Sequence record: PZ871099.1
Length of the DNA stretch: 51,075 bases
DNA from: a phage
Direction: 5' to 3' (one strand)
The position numbers were made by a program, and so were the translations under genes. Below the pieces are notes generated by a model that saw only the letters and a program-made list of their open reading frames with translations, was not told the DNA's origin and ran no database searches. Shown piece after piece: positions 28,819-38,400 of this stretch (position 1 is its first letter; every line of letters begins with the position of its first letter).

Positions 28819-30816
28819 ATGATTCCAAATATCGAAAAACAAATATCAGCGTTAGGCGAGGCAGTAATAAAAAGCATCCAAGAGCGATTCACTGTTGGCA
28901 ATATAGTGCCATATCCTTATCAGTGCGTTGCGTATGCCGAGATCGCAAAGCGCATGAAAAACTATGAGCATCCTTTCTTCGTTAAGGCTTCTGTGTCGGC
29001 TGGCAAAACTTTGATGTTTGCAATGGTTGCGGCGCAATGCCGCAAAATGGGGTTGAAAATGATGGTCCTTGCTCGCCAGGCTGAAATTGTTGATCAGGAT
29101 TCGGAAGAGATCAGCAATCTTGGCGTGCCAAACTCAATCTATTGCGCAGGACTGAAAACAAAAAGCGCATACTTTCCGATCGTAGTCGGTTCTGAGGGCA
29201 CTGTAGTAAACGGATTGTTTAAGTCGTTAGGTGACTATGTTCCGCACGTTATCGGTATTGATGAATGTCACCAGGTGGATTGGGAGGATCTCGCGGACGC
29301 GATAGAAAATAATGAATCTTACCAGCAGATGACCACTAAGAAGGATTTGCCTGTACTGATTGGAGAAGAACAGCAATTTGATTCCAATGGCGATCCAATG
29401 TTCGGAACAGGGCGCACACAGTACACCGTAATAATCATGGAAATGATGCGCAGGTGTCGCGAGGCATACGGGCACGAATTGCGAATATTCGGTATGACTG
29501 GATCTGAGTTTCGCGGCGTGGTTCCAATACTGGTTGAAGATAAGAACAAAAAGGGATTCTGGCGTGAGCAGGTGACTAACATAGACACAAACTACTTAAT
29601 AAAATTCGGTTCGGTAGTGCCAACAAATTTCGGCGACGTAGGCGACCTGGGGTATGACCTTTCAGAGTTCGAAGCCAGTAGCGAGGATGGCGTTTCAGAC
29701 TTTGACGCTAAAACATTGCGCAAGATGGAAGAAAAGATCCATCAAGACGCAACAATGACACAGAAAATCATGGCTAAAGTCCATGAGATATGCAAAGACA
29801 GGAACGGAGTTTTAGTTACATGCGCAGGGGAAAGACACTGCAAGGAGGCCGCCGCCGCACTGCCGCAAGGCGTTGAATACAGGATCATAACTGGAAAAAC
29901 TGGAGATAATCAGCGTAAAGAGTGGCTGAGGGAGGCATACGAGGGGAAAGTAAAATACATCTTCCAGGTACAGGCGCTTACCACTGGCGTTAACGTTCCG
30001 TTTTGGGATACTTCGGTAATACTTAGAAAGATAGGATCTCTAACATTGCTTATCCAGCTTTTGGGGCGCGGTATGCGACTGCTTAAGCAATGGCACATTG
30101 AGCAGGGATTCAAGAAAAAAGACCATCTTGTATTGGATTTTGCCGGTACTATGGATGAGTTAGGGGATTTGTATTTCGATCCAATCCTTGAGCAAGCGCA
30201 ATTCCAAAAGAGATTTACAAACGGGAAAGAGCCTAAGACTTGTCCGATATGTGGAACGCTAAACAGCTTTTACGCTCGCCGATGTATGCACGTAGACGAT
30301 AACGGGAAGAGATGCGAGCATTTTTGGACTTACAGAATTTGCGAGGACCAGGTAGATCCGAGAACGAAAAAGATAATCAAGCGCGGTTGCGGAACAAAAA
30401 ACGACGTGGTGGCGAGGGTGTGCCGTTGTTGCGATATTTCTCTTGTCGATCCTAACGAGAAGTTAAGCGGTAAGCACTACACCAAAAACGATTGGTGCAA
30501 CGTTAAATCTTTCCGCGTTGATATGACGAAAAATCAGAAAGGAATTGTTTTTTGCTATGAGCTTGAGGCCAACGGCGACACGTTCAAGGCATACGAAAGA
30601 TTTTTCCCTGAGTCAGAAAGCAACATTTGCCGGACGATATGGAGAAAAATAGCATTGCAGCACATACCGGATCGCAAGATTGCTGGTATGGTGGCGAGCT
30701 ATAGAAATGCGCGTAAAATAATGTCATACGCTCATCACATCATGCCGCCTGTACGCGTAACGCACCGCAAAAACGGCAAAGGTGAGGATAACATTGCAAA
30801 ACGGGAGTTTGTTTAA
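28819..30816 (+). CDS. SF2 DNA helicase (DEAD/DExH-like)
   Basis: Walker A SVSAGKTL, DExH-like GIDECHQV, Cys4 cluster near the C-terminus. Confidence 0.8.
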   Translation: MIPNIEKQISALGEAVIKSIQERFTVGNIVPYPYQCVAYAEIAKRMKNYEHPFFVKASVSAGKTLMFAMVAAQCRKMGLKMMVLARQAEIVDQDSEEISNLGVPNSIYCAGLKTKSAYFPIVVGSEGTVVNGLFKSLGDYVPHVIGIDECHQVDWEDLADAIENNESYQQMTTKKDLPVLIGEEQQFDSNGDPMFGTGRTQYTVIIMEMMRRCREAYGHELRIFGMTGSEFRGVVPILVEDKNKKGFWREQVTNIDTNYLIKFGSVVPTNFGDVGDLGYDLSEFEASSEDGVSDFDAKTLRKMEEKIHQDATMTQKIMAKVHEICKDRNGVLVTCAGERHCKEAAAALPQGVEYRIITGKTGDNQRKEWLREAYEGKVKYIFQVQALTTGVNVPFWDTSVILRKIGSLTLLIQLLGRGMRLLKQWHIEQGFKKKDHLVLDFAGTMDELGDLYFDPILEQAQFQKRFTNGKEPKTCPICGTLNSFYARRCMHVDDNGKRCEHFWTYRICEDQVDPRTKKIIKRGCGTKNDVVARVCRCCDISLVDPNEKLSGKHYTKNDWCNVKSFRVDMTKNQKGIVFCYELEANGDTFKAYERFFPESESNICRTIWRKIALQHIPDRKIAGMVASYRNARKIMSYAHHIMPPVRVTHRKNGKGEDNIAKREFV

Positions 30817-31235
30817 TGGCTATAACTGATAAAGGCGATTATCTTGAGTTTTACGAAAGAGATCCAACCGACACTAGAAAGGAAGTTAATCACCAGATAG
30901 ATAGTTTTCAGTGGTTGACTTATGCTCATCCTTATTTGCTGGCGTGGCATACGGTAAACGAGAATGAGAAGTCTAAAGCAACGGCGATGATTGATCAGCA
31001 GTCCGGCTTGGTTAAGGGAGTAAGCGATTTCATCATCCTGATTGGTTTAAACGGAAAATACCCCTTTGCAGCGATTGAGATCAAACGAGTTAATAAATCA
31101 GGCAAGGGGAAAGCATCACCAGTCAGCGATGAACAAAAGGCTTTTTTGCGTCGAGTTCGCAGCTTAGGAGGATTCGCTGCGGTCGCCTACGGATTTAATC
31201 AGTTTAAGTTGGCTATTGAATACATGCTTAAATAG
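30816..31235 (+). CDS. VRR-NUC domain nuclease
   Basis: 139 aa; PD-(D/E)XK-like core GVSDFIILIGLNGKYPFAAIEIK...DEQKAFLRRVRSLGGFAAVAY. Confidence 0.65.
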   Translation: MAITDKGDYLEFYERDPTDTRKEVNHQIDSFQWLTYAHPYLLAWHTVNENEKSKATAMIDQQSGLVKGVSDFIILIGLNGKYPFAAIEIKRVNKSGKGKASPVSDEQKAFLRRVRSLGGFAAVAYGFNQFKLAIEYMLK

Positions 31236-31251
31236 CACTTTTTGTTAAAAC
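31231..31251 (+). promoter_or_regulatory. conserved intergenic motif copy
   Basis: Stop TAG of upstream gene embedded; 22-nt spacer with inverted repeat; CATAAT; upstream of dam. Confidence 0.6.
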
Positions 31252-31314
31252 TGGCGCGATGGATTGCGCCATAATTCAATAACACGAGATAACTTTTAAT
31301 AGCGGAGAAATGAA

Positions 31315-32040
31315 ATGGCTAAAGATATTTTAGATAAAGACACCCATGACGCATTCGTTAGCTTTGAGCAGTTGGAGAGAGAAACATTTATAGGGAATGC
31401 CCTTGCAACTGGAGGCCATTACCAGGCAGTAAAGCCAAATCAATATTATAAGGTAAGCGGCAACCGATACGCTGGAAGCACCACGCCGGACGTTGTGCGC
31501 GATATGTGGAGCACGCCTCAAGAGATTGTGGAGTGGATGGAATCAGAATTTGGTGAATACGATCTCGACGCGGCAGCAAGCCAGGAAAACGCAGTTTGCG
31601 AGAAGTTCTATAGCAAGAAAACAAACTGCTTAAAGCGTTGGTGGGGTAGCAACAAGCACGTATGGCTTAACCCGCCGTACATCAACCCAACTCCATTTAT
31701 CAAGAAAGCAATTGAGCAAATGGAGCACAACAACCAAATTGATGTTTTGTTGCCAGCCGACAACTCTACAGCATGGTTTTATGAGGCGCAGAAAAACGCG
31801 GCTGAAATCATCTGGATCACTGGTGAGGTTTACGAAGAGGGTGGAGTAGAATACTCCCGCACCGGAAGAATCGCCTTTGTGTCTGGATTGACTGGCGAGC
31901 CTGTACAGGGCAACAACAAGGGGAGCGTGATTTTTGTCATGCGAAAACTTAAAGAAGGCGAGGAGCAGAAAACGCGATACGTTAAGATCAGCGATATTTG
32001 CCCTTCTGTAACCGAACGCCGCGCGCGCAAACGGAGCTAA
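31315..32040 (+). CDS. dam: DNA N6-adenine methyltransferase (Dam-like)
   Basis: 241 aa; catalytic NPPY motif (HVWLNPPYINP). Confidence 0.8.
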   Translation: MAKDILDKDTHDAFVSFEQLERETFIGNALATGGHYQAVKPNQYYKVSGNRYAGSTTPDVVRDMWSTPQEIVEWMESEFGEYDLDAAASQENAVCEKFYSKKTNCLKRWWGSNKHVWLNPPYINPTPFIKKAIEQMEHNNQIDVLLPADNSTAWFYEAQKNAAEIIWITGEVYEEGGVEYSRTGRIAFVSGLTGEPVQGNNKGSVIFVMRKLKEGEEQKTRYVKISDICPSVTERRARKRS

Positions 32041-32044
32041 CACG

Positions 32045-32302
32045 ATGAAAAAAGAGAGAAGCGTTTATTTAAATGAAACTGGCGAATGGTTGTTATTTCG
32101 CGCTATGGTGTGCGATGCACTTGATAAAAATCCTAACGTGAAAAAGATGATTGATTGCGATCCGTGGGAATTTTCAAGCGCATTAGATATGAGCTTTGAG
32201 GAGACAAGAAAACTCCCGCTTGAAAAATGGCACGAACAAATCAGAAATGACATGCAAGAGTTTGTCGATTCGTGGAATTTTCAGCACGGAATGATCCACT
32301 AA
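32045..32302 (+). CDS. hypothetical protein
   Basis: 85 aa; stop runs into a motif copy. Confidence 0.3.
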   Translation: MKKERSVYLNETGEWLLFRAMVCDALDKNPNVKKMIDCDPWEFSSALDMSFEETRKLPLEKWHEQIRNDMQEFVDSWNFQHGMIH

Positions 32303-32321
32303 TAGCACTTTTTGTTAAAAC
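32301..32321 (+). promoter_or_regulatory. conserved intergenic motif copy
   Basis: Followed by hairpin GCCCGGCCTAGTGTCGGGC and CATAAT. Confidence 0.6.
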
Positions 32322-32377
32322 GCCCGGCCTAGTGTCGGGCATAATTATTTCAACGAAGCAAACATGAGGAAATAAAA

Positions 32378-32557
32378 ATGGTGGTATTCGATAAACGCGC
32401 TTTTAATCTTGCTCAAGAAGTAGCAAAAGGTTCAGTGGATGGCGGTTCAAAGGAAGGATTTCAGTTTGATTGGGAGATCGCAATGTTTTTACTGAAAGTT
32501 GCATACGGTCACGCACCAATTGAACAAGCGGAGGCATATTATAAGCATGAAGGTTGA
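32378..32557 (+). CDS. hypothetical small protein
   Basis: 59 aa ORF not in the track; preceded by motif copy, -10-like box and RBS GAGGAAA. Confidence 0.3.
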   Translation: MVVFDKRAFNLAQEVAKGSVDGGSKEGFQFDWEIAMFLLKVAYGHAPIEQAEAYYKHEG

Positions 32558-32789
32558 GCAAGGAAGAGATGCGGTATGGAATCACGCTAAAGAATGCGGT
32601 ATTGCCGACGATATAAAGAAGATCGCGCAATACTTTGATATTGCAGATGTGAGCATAATTAGCGGCGACAAGATGACTTTCCTCAAGGAAAGGCCGCGAA
32701 AAATGGTAAGAGTTCCAGCAGTTCCAACAAAAATTGATTTCAAAGAGGCAATGGCTAAAATCCGAGAGCCTCGCAAATATTATAAATGA
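32547..32789 (+). CDS. hypothetical protein
   Basis: Start moved to MKVEQGRD. Confidence 0.3.
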   Translation: MKVEQGRDAVWNHAKECGIADDIKKIAQYFDIADVSIISGDKMTFLKERPRKMVRVPAVPTKIDFKEAMAKIREPRKYYK

Positions 32790-32883
32790 GGATAGTTATC
32801 ATGTGGCGCTTGTTTGTTCTACCGTTACCAGTTATCATCGCTGTTACAGTTATGTACCATATAGTGATGAGATAGGTAGCAGA

Positions 32884-33999
32884 ATGAAAAATGTAAAAAT
32901 TACAGATGAGCAATTCAAGATCGAACGGGCGGCAGGTAAGACATATAAACAGATCGCTCAAGAGTACGGAATGAATGTGAGAAGCGTCGAGCGTCGCGCG
33001 GCGCGTCTTGCAAAGCAAGGACAGTTATCGACCATCGGAGCGCCTGGTTTTGGTGTTCATGGTGAGTCAGTAATGACTGACAAAGAAGGAAATATAATCC
33101 TCAAGTGGACCAAAACCAGCAAGGATAAAGAGCAATTAGAGGCACTGATGCGCGCAGCTATGGAGGCGTTTAGCGAGGAAGTGCCGCGATTAGATCCAGT
33201 TCCATTGCAGGAGCGTAATTATAATGAAACGCTTTCATTGTATCCGATCTTTGACATGCACTTAGGCGCTATGGCCCATAAGCACGAATGCGGCGAAAAT
33301 TGGGATACTGCGACGGCAGAGCGCGTTATGAATAACTTTATCGACTATGCTTTGATGTGCGCGCCGGACAGCGAAAAGGCTGTTATCCTGATTGGTGGCG
33401 ATATGCTTCATAGCGATGGCCTGGAGGCTGTGACACCTGCAAGCGGTCACGTACTTGATCAAGATAGCCGATATGCAAAATTGGTTTACGTTGCAATCCG
33501 TGCAATGCGTCGCGCAATTAATAAAATGCTGTTAAAGCATAAACATGTTGAGGTTCAGGTCGTTGAGGGCAATCACGACCAATCAGGAATGATTTGGCTA
33601 CGCGCAGCAATGGCGTCAGCATATGAGAACGAGCCGCGCGTTTACGTTGATGTTTCTCCTCGCGTTGTTCACCACACGCAATACGGAAAAACTTTCCTTG
33701 CGTACCATCACGGGCACACAGTGCGCAAACCTGAAACTTTGCTAATGATGTGCGCGTCCGATTGGCGGGAGGACTTCGGAAACTCAAAAACGATGTATGC
33801 GCACGTAGGGCATTGGCATCACCAGACCGTAACGGAAACGTCGCTTGGCATCGTGGAAGTACATAGCACCCTGGCGGCAAAAGACGCATACGCCGCGCGC
33901 GGTGGCTGGCGATCTCGACGCCGTGCGGCGGTTATCATTTACGACAAAGAGCATGGAGAAGTCGGGCGATTTGTTCACTATCCAGAAATGATGAATTGA
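32884..33999 (+). CDS. calcineurin-like metallophosphoesterase with N-terminal HTH-like region
   Basis: Motifs DMH, GGDMLHSDG, EGNHDQ, HHGH, GHWHH in canonical order; N-terminal YKQIAQEYGMNVRSVERRAARLAKQG. Confidence 0.65.
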   Translation: MKNVKITDEQFKIERAAGKTYKQIAQEYGMNVRSVERRAARLAKQGQLSTIGAPGFGVHGESVMTDKEGNIILKWTKTSKDKEQLEALMRAAMEAFSEEVPRLDPVPLQERNYNETLSLYPIFDMHLGAMAHKHECGENWDTATAERVMNNFIDYALMCAPDSEKAVILIGGDMLHSDGLEAVTPASGHVLDQDSRYAKLVYVAIRAMRRAINKMLLKHKHVEVQVVEGNHDQSGMIWLRAAMASAYENEPRVYVDVSPRVVHHTQYGKTFLAYHHGHTVRKPETLLMMCASDWREDFGNSKTMYAHVGHWHHQTVTETSLGIVEVHSTLAAKDAYAARGGWRSRRRAAVIIYDKEHGEVGRFVHYPEMMN

Positions 34000-34143
34000 T
34001 GAATTTTTATTTAAATCAATGACAAATTAAATCAAAAACTTGCAAAGGGGCGGCGTTTGTCGCCTCTTTTTTTGTTTAATTTTTTACCATGTGCGTTTAT
34101 CATGCGATCAATATATTGACTTTAATTAATATGGAGAATAAAA

Positions 34144-34359
34144 ATGAAAGATTTTATTAACGCAGCTACCGCCGGATCTGGCGGTTCATCTATCGCAAGC
34201 GCCGCTACAGGGCAGTTAACCATTGCTATTGCCAGTTTTATTTTAATGGCTGCATTCGGTGCGTGGGGCGCTTACCTTCGCTGGCGTGATAGTAAAAAAT
34301 TCCACGAGGCGATCGAAAAAGGTGATATTCAAAAAGCTATTGAGATCAGGGGCAAGTAA
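34144..34359 (+). CDS. holin (pinholin-like, putative)
   Basis: 71 aa, hydrophobic core [21 protein letters not shown], charged C-terminus, immediately upstream of endolysin. Confidence 0.55.
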   Translation: MKDFINAATAGSGGSSIASAATGQLTIAIASFILMAAFGAWGAYLRWRDSKKFHEAIEKGDIQKAIEIRGK

Positions 34360-34850
34360 TGAGCATAAAGAACAGGGTAGCGGCTGCGGCCTTTGGCGTT
34401 GCGGTTGCCTTGACTTCTCCACTTCTTGAAGAGATCGAAGGGGTAAGATACAAGCCATACAAAGATATTGCGGGGGTATGGACGGTTTGCGCAGGAATCA
34501 CCGGACCCGATGTTATCCTGGGGAAAACGTACACTAAAAAAGAGTGTGATGCTTTGTTGGCTAAGCATATCCAGGTTGCCAAAAAGGAAGTTGACAAGCA
34601 AGTTAAGGTTGACATTCCTGATAGTATGCGTGCAGCAATGTACTCATTCACTTACAATGCAGGTGTGGGAGCTTTCAGAAATTCAACAATGCTTAAACTC
34701 ATCAACCAGGGGAAACTAAAAGATGCTTGCGATCAGCTTTATCGTTGGACGTATTACCACAACCCCAAAACAGGAAGGCGCGAGAAGTCTAAAGGCTTAC
34801 TTAACAGGCGCAAGGTCGAATACAAATATTGCACAATGGATCTGAAATGA
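34359..34850 (+). CDS. SAR endolysin (phage lysozyme)
   Basis: N-terminal Ala/Gly-rich signal-anchor-release-like segment, then lysozyme-like [23 protein letters not shown]. Confidence 0.8.
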   Translation: MSIKNRVAAAAFGVAVALTSPLLEEIEGVRYKPYKDIAGVWTVCAGITGPDVILGKTYTKKECDALLAKHIQVAKKEVDKQVKVDIPDSMRAAMYSFTYNAGVGAFRNSTMLKLINQGKLKDACDQLYRWTYYHNPKTGRREKSKGLLNRRKVEYKYCTMDLK

Positions 34851-35242
34851 TGAAGAAATTTTTACTTACACCAATCGCAATGGCGGTGATCTTGTCTGGA
34901 TGTTCAAGCGTTACGCCACTGACAGGATTAATCGGCAGTAAGCCGGAAATCACAGCACAGGCTGGCGCGGAGAACGTGAAGCAGACAGTTGGCATTACAG
35001 CAAAGCAGGACGCCAGCACAAAACAGAAAACCACAATAAAGGAATCTGCGGTTGACAAGGTGGACACGTCCAGCAAGAAGGATTTCACAACATCAACCAT
35101 TCAGGCCAATACCATCAAGGCAGACAAAATTCAGGTCGTGCAGGGTAATAACGGCAGATGGTACGATCCAATAATCATATGCGTGGTTGTGTTAATTGTG
35201 CTGATTTGTCTTTACTGGAGGGAAAAGAAAAAGGAGGCTTAA
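34847..35242 (+). CDS. unimolecular spanin (T1 gp11-like)
   Basis: Lipobox LSGC plus C-terminal transmembrane helix [16 protein letters not shown]; ATGA overlap with endolysin stop. Confidence 0.6.
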   Translation: MMKKFLLTPIAMAVILSGCSSVTPLTGLIGSKPEITAQAGAENVKQTVGITAKQDASTKQKTTIKESAVDKVDTSSKKDFTTSTIQANTIKADKIQVVQGNNGRWYDPIIICVVVLIVLICLYWREKKKEA

Positions 35243-35260
35243 TGCCTCCTTTATTTTTAT
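35232..35260 (+). terminator. rho-independent terminator after the spanin gene
   Basis: AGGAGGCttaatGCCTCCT plus T-rich. Confidence 0.7.
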
Positions 35261-35481
35261 GCGTCGGGCCACATATGAGTTTCGTTTGTTGGCTTGTTCG
35301 ATTCGTCGTACTGCCTTACTTCAATGCTGCAAGTGTCGCCGTACAGTTCTGCAATCTTGCGCTCATTTTCAACCGCCGATTGCTCACTCCATCCAAAATC
35401 CCTGTCGTAAATTGTCGGTATTTCAGCAGAAGATCCGTTGTCATGATTATATACGCGAACTACTAAAAACTTGCTGGACAT
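35257..35481 (-). CDS. hypothetical protein
   Basis: 74 aa, own upstream motif copy at 35543. Confidence 0.3.
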   Translation of the reverse strand: MSSKFLVVRVYNHDNGSSAEIPTIYDRDFGWSEQSAVENERKIAELYGDTCSIEVRQYDESNKPTNETHMWPDA

Positions 35482-35542
35482 AATTTTACCTTTTGGTTGT
35501 TTCGTTTCGATGAAACAAATATACCCGACACTAGGCCGGGCG

Positions 35543-35563
35543 TTTTAACAAAAAATGCTATTC
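35543..35563 (-). promoter_or_regulatory. conserved intergenic motif copy
   Basis: Same hairpin as the 32301 copy, inverted; TATATT box. Confidence 0.6.
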
Positions 35564-35678
35564 CATACGCTTTACCGTAACCAGTAATACACCATCATCA
35601 TTGCATAAAACATGTTCAGTGGTGCTAAAAGCGCGCATATCTGAATAAAGCAGTGTAAGTAACGCATGAATAAAATCC

Positions 35679-36074
35679 TCATGTGATATTGAATTTACGG
35701 CGCAGTGCTTCAAGATCTTGTCTATTAGCTTTTGCCTGGAACAATTCATCATCGCCCATCTCCCCTATTCTAGCCATATCCCTGATCCAGTCGTTGCGCA
35801 TACCATCCAGGCTATACAATTCGAATCCGAAAGGCCGCTTTGACGATCCTTTGGACCAGTATTTACCGCATACCCCATCTATATAGCCAGCCGTCATCAT
35901 TCTTGCGCAAAATTCCTTAGATGCAAGGCTGGCGAACATTCGCGGCGTAAGTCCGGCGGCACGTGCGAGCCGCTCGCATTCTCTATGCTGATAGATAAAT
36001 TTGGCTATGTGCTGCCTGTTAAACCAGTCGTATGACTCACACCATTTATACAGATCAAGCAAAAACATAATCAT
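35679..36074 (-). CDS. hypothetical protein (translationally coupled to upstream ATPase)
   Basis: 131 aa, ATGA overlap with the stop of 36071..37651. Confidence 0.4.
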   Translation of the reverse strand: MIMFLLDLYKWCESYDWFNRQHIAKFIYQHRECERLARAAGLTPRMFASLASKEFCARMMTAGYIDGVCGKYWSKGSSKRPFGFELYSLDGMRNDWIRDMARIGEMGDDELFQAKANRQDLEALRRKFNIT

Positions 36075-37651
36075 CCCAGCAGTATTGGATTTACAAAAAT
36101 AACACCATTAATCACACAAACATAATTTCTCTCTTCCAGCATTGGCAGCAAGTGCCCTTCTATCCTCTTCATTACGCCAGCTTGACCAACGAAAGGTTTT
36201 ACCTTTCTCGCTGATTCGTACAGGGCGCGGATATTCAGAATCCCTTTATTAGCCTTGCCGTGTCTAGTGATCAATTCAATCAATTTACCCATTTCAGCAT
36301 CATCACCAGCATAACCAGAAGCATTGGCGGCGCTAATGTATGTTTTGCTCAATTCCTGAAACATGATCAGCGCCTCTTGCATTGTTTCCACGTCGATCTC
36401 TTTCGACTTCTGCGGGTATCCAGCAGGATTAAACCAGTTGCGGATAACATGCAGGACGGAAGCAAGCCTGATCACCTGTTTATCCATTTTACCCAGCGCA
36501 CCGCGTAACATTGTATGAGAATACTTTCCGCCGTCTGCAAGATGCGGTTCCATATCCTGGCGAGCAATGTTGAGCACTCGCATAGCTGAACGGCTTATTT
36601 TCAGCGATACATTTGATTCGCTCATGATGTTATGCACCAATTGATAATATTGGGCCTTCAATTCAGAATCCACCGCCTCATAGGTAGAATCACCATTTTC
36701 ATCAATGAATGAGCGACGGCCTAAGAATGATTCCTCGCGGACCAACAAAAAGCGCTCACTAACACCGATACCGCGCGATCCAGCGTCCATGATTCCGCTT
36801 ATCGTTTCATCCTGGGCTATAACGCTCATACATCCAAGCGCGCGAAAACTCATGTTATTGTCAGCATTAGCACGGGCAATTGATACGTGACCATTATCCC
36901 ACGCCTTAAGCACTAGCTCACTGTTAGTCTTCCTTTCGCTATTTGCATAGGTCAAGCCTAACAAACTGTTAATACTTGTTGCTTCGTCAGATATTACGGC
37001 AAAGTTACCTTGCTTGTTGTTGATTTTCGCCAGGCCTTCTGGAGTTGTATCTGAAACAGGGAAAGTTATATCACACATCTTTTCCAGCTTCTCCTCCAGA
37101 TCCTCTTTTTCCTGGTATAGAGATTCCATATCAGCGCCTGATCTTTCGCTTTTCATCTCCTTTGCAAGACCTGCCAACTTTGCCTGTATTTTCTTTCTTT
37201 CCTTGCGGCGTTGCTCGTTGATCTTCTCAACTTCCGCAATCATCGGAGCAATAGCCATACTGTTGATCGCAGATTTACCAGTTGACGGCGGCTGGCTTGT
37301 AACGACGTAAAGCGCAGTCGGCTGATCGGTCCCGTGATAGTCAACCGTAAAGCGTCCAAGCATGGCGGCAGAAATGCAGCCGATAAAGTGCATGTAAGCC
37401 GATGATTCAGGGAATTGAACGGATCGCGCAATACTGCGTGATAACTTTCCGACAACATCAATATCATTACCAAGAGAAATTACGGGGTAGCGATCGTGAC
37501 CGCTATTTACATCTTTCACTTCGCCCCAAAAGCTGGACGACTGGCGATAGCCGTTAGCCTGAATTGATACGCGAACTGGCGAAAGGTTCTGGCTTTCAGC
37601 CATAGCGATTATTTGCTGTGGAGTTAATTTGTTCGTTTCTAATGAAAACAT
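36071..37651 (-). CDS. P-loop NTPase of unknown function
   Basis: 526 aa; Walker A QPPSTGKSA, Walker B-like FAVISDEA; family not assignable by eye. Confidence 0.5.
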   Translation of the reverse strand: MFSLETNKLTPQQIIAMAESQNLSPVRVSIQANGYRQSSSFWGEVKDVNSGHDRYPVISLGNDIDVVGKLSRSIARSVQFPESSAYMHFIGCISAAMLGRFTVDYHGTDQPTALYVVTSQPPSTGKSAINSMAIAPMIAEVEKINEQRRKERKKIQAKLAGLAKEMKSERSGADMESLYQEKEDLEEKLEKMCDITFPVSDTTPEGLAKINNKQGNFAVISDEATSINSLLGLTYANSERKTNSELVLKAWDNGHVSIARANADNNMSFRALGCMSVIAQDETISGIMDAGSRGIGVSERFLLVREESFLGRRSFIDENGDSTYEAVDSELKAQYYQLVHNIMSESNVSLKISRSAMRVLNIARQDMEPHLADGGKYSHTMLRGALGKMDKQVIRLASVLHVIRNWFNPAGYPQKSKEIDVETMQEALIMFQELSKTYISAANASGYAGDDAEMGKLIELITRHGKANKGILNIRALYESARKVKPFVGQAGVMKRIEGHLLPMLEERNYVCVINGVIFVNPILLG

Positions 37652-37704
37652 TCGTTAGCTTCTCCTTTGTGGGCCGTAAATTTTAACGGCCCAATACTAC
37701 CCCG

Positions 37705-37726
37705 TTTTGTCAAAAAGTGCTATTTG
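37705..37726 (-). promoter_or_regulatory. conserved intergenic motif copy (TTGACA variant)
   Basis: AAATAGCACTTTTTGACAAAAC, 22 nt, TAAAAT inside a hairpin; upstream of the ATPase gene. Confidence 0.6.
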
Positions 37727-37941
37727 ATCCGCTCTATTGCAACCAGAAGTCGATCAGGCTGGCGGTCGCTGTAGCATTCTCCTGTAATCCCATCCTTAAA
37801 CGTAAAGTAAAGCGCCTTATGATATGAAAAACCAATCAGCCAACCTACCGCCGTTTTTTTGATGGGCCTGACTATATCGCCAGGCTTGAAAGTCTTTGTG
37901 GTAGAATGCGTTACTTTGTAACGGTTTTCACTGTTTATCAC
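37720..37941 (-). CDS. hypothetical protein
   Basis: 73 aa. Confidence 0.3.
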   Translation of the reverse strand: MINSENRYKVTHSTTKTFKPGDIVRPIKKTAVGWLIGFSYHKALYFTFKDGITGECYSDRQPDRLLVAIERIK

Positions 37942-38324
37942 AGATATTTGCCCTCAAAAAGATAACAGCCGCCAGCAGAGAATCCGACCTCTTCACGGTA
38001 CAGGTTCCAGCGGTCGCCGCACTCATCAAAAACATAACCCGCAACGCTTCCAAGCGGTCGCCCTTTCTCGATCTGGTATCTCTTGCCCTGCTTAAAGTGC
38101 TTTTTGCACGGCATGTTATGATCTACAAACGTGCAAAGAACGGTTTTTGTGTTAATGGCGCGGTAATCATCTCGGTTTGCTGGAAGCCAGCGGCTACCCT
38201 TAACAAGCGTCTTAACCTGGAATTCTTCCACCTCGATCACATCATTACTTCCTGCAATCTTCTGATAAACCGTTTTAAAACGGCCTTTCATCAATACGTT
38301 GGTTTCATTACAGATAACATTCAT
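37938..38324 (-). CDS. hypothetical protein
   Basis: 128 aa; own motif copy, hairpin and CATAAT upstream. Confidence 0.35.
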   Translation of the reverse strand: MNVICNETNVLMKGRFKTVYQKIAGSNDVIEVEEFQVKTLVKGSRWLPANRDDYRAINTKTVLCTFVDHNMPCKKHFKQGKRYQIEKGRPLGSVAGYVFDECGDRWNLYREEVGFSAGGCYLFEGKYL

Positions 38325-38377
38325 GATCAGATCTCCTTTGTTTGTTCGATGTGATTATGCCAGGTTTTTACACCTGG

Positions 38378-38400
38378 CTTTTAACAAAAAGTGCTATTTT
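38378..38400 (-). promoter_or_regulatory. conserved intergenic motif copy
   Basis: Hairpin CCAGGTgtaaaaaCCTGG then CATAAT. Confidence 0.6.

Noticed and set aside
35558-35752. Track ORF 35558..35752 (-) of 64 aa
   Set aside because: It overlaps the 3' end of 35679..36074 by about 74 nt in another frame. Its stop is embedded in an element copy like genuine genes, so it is not excluded, but support is too weak to list it as a feature.
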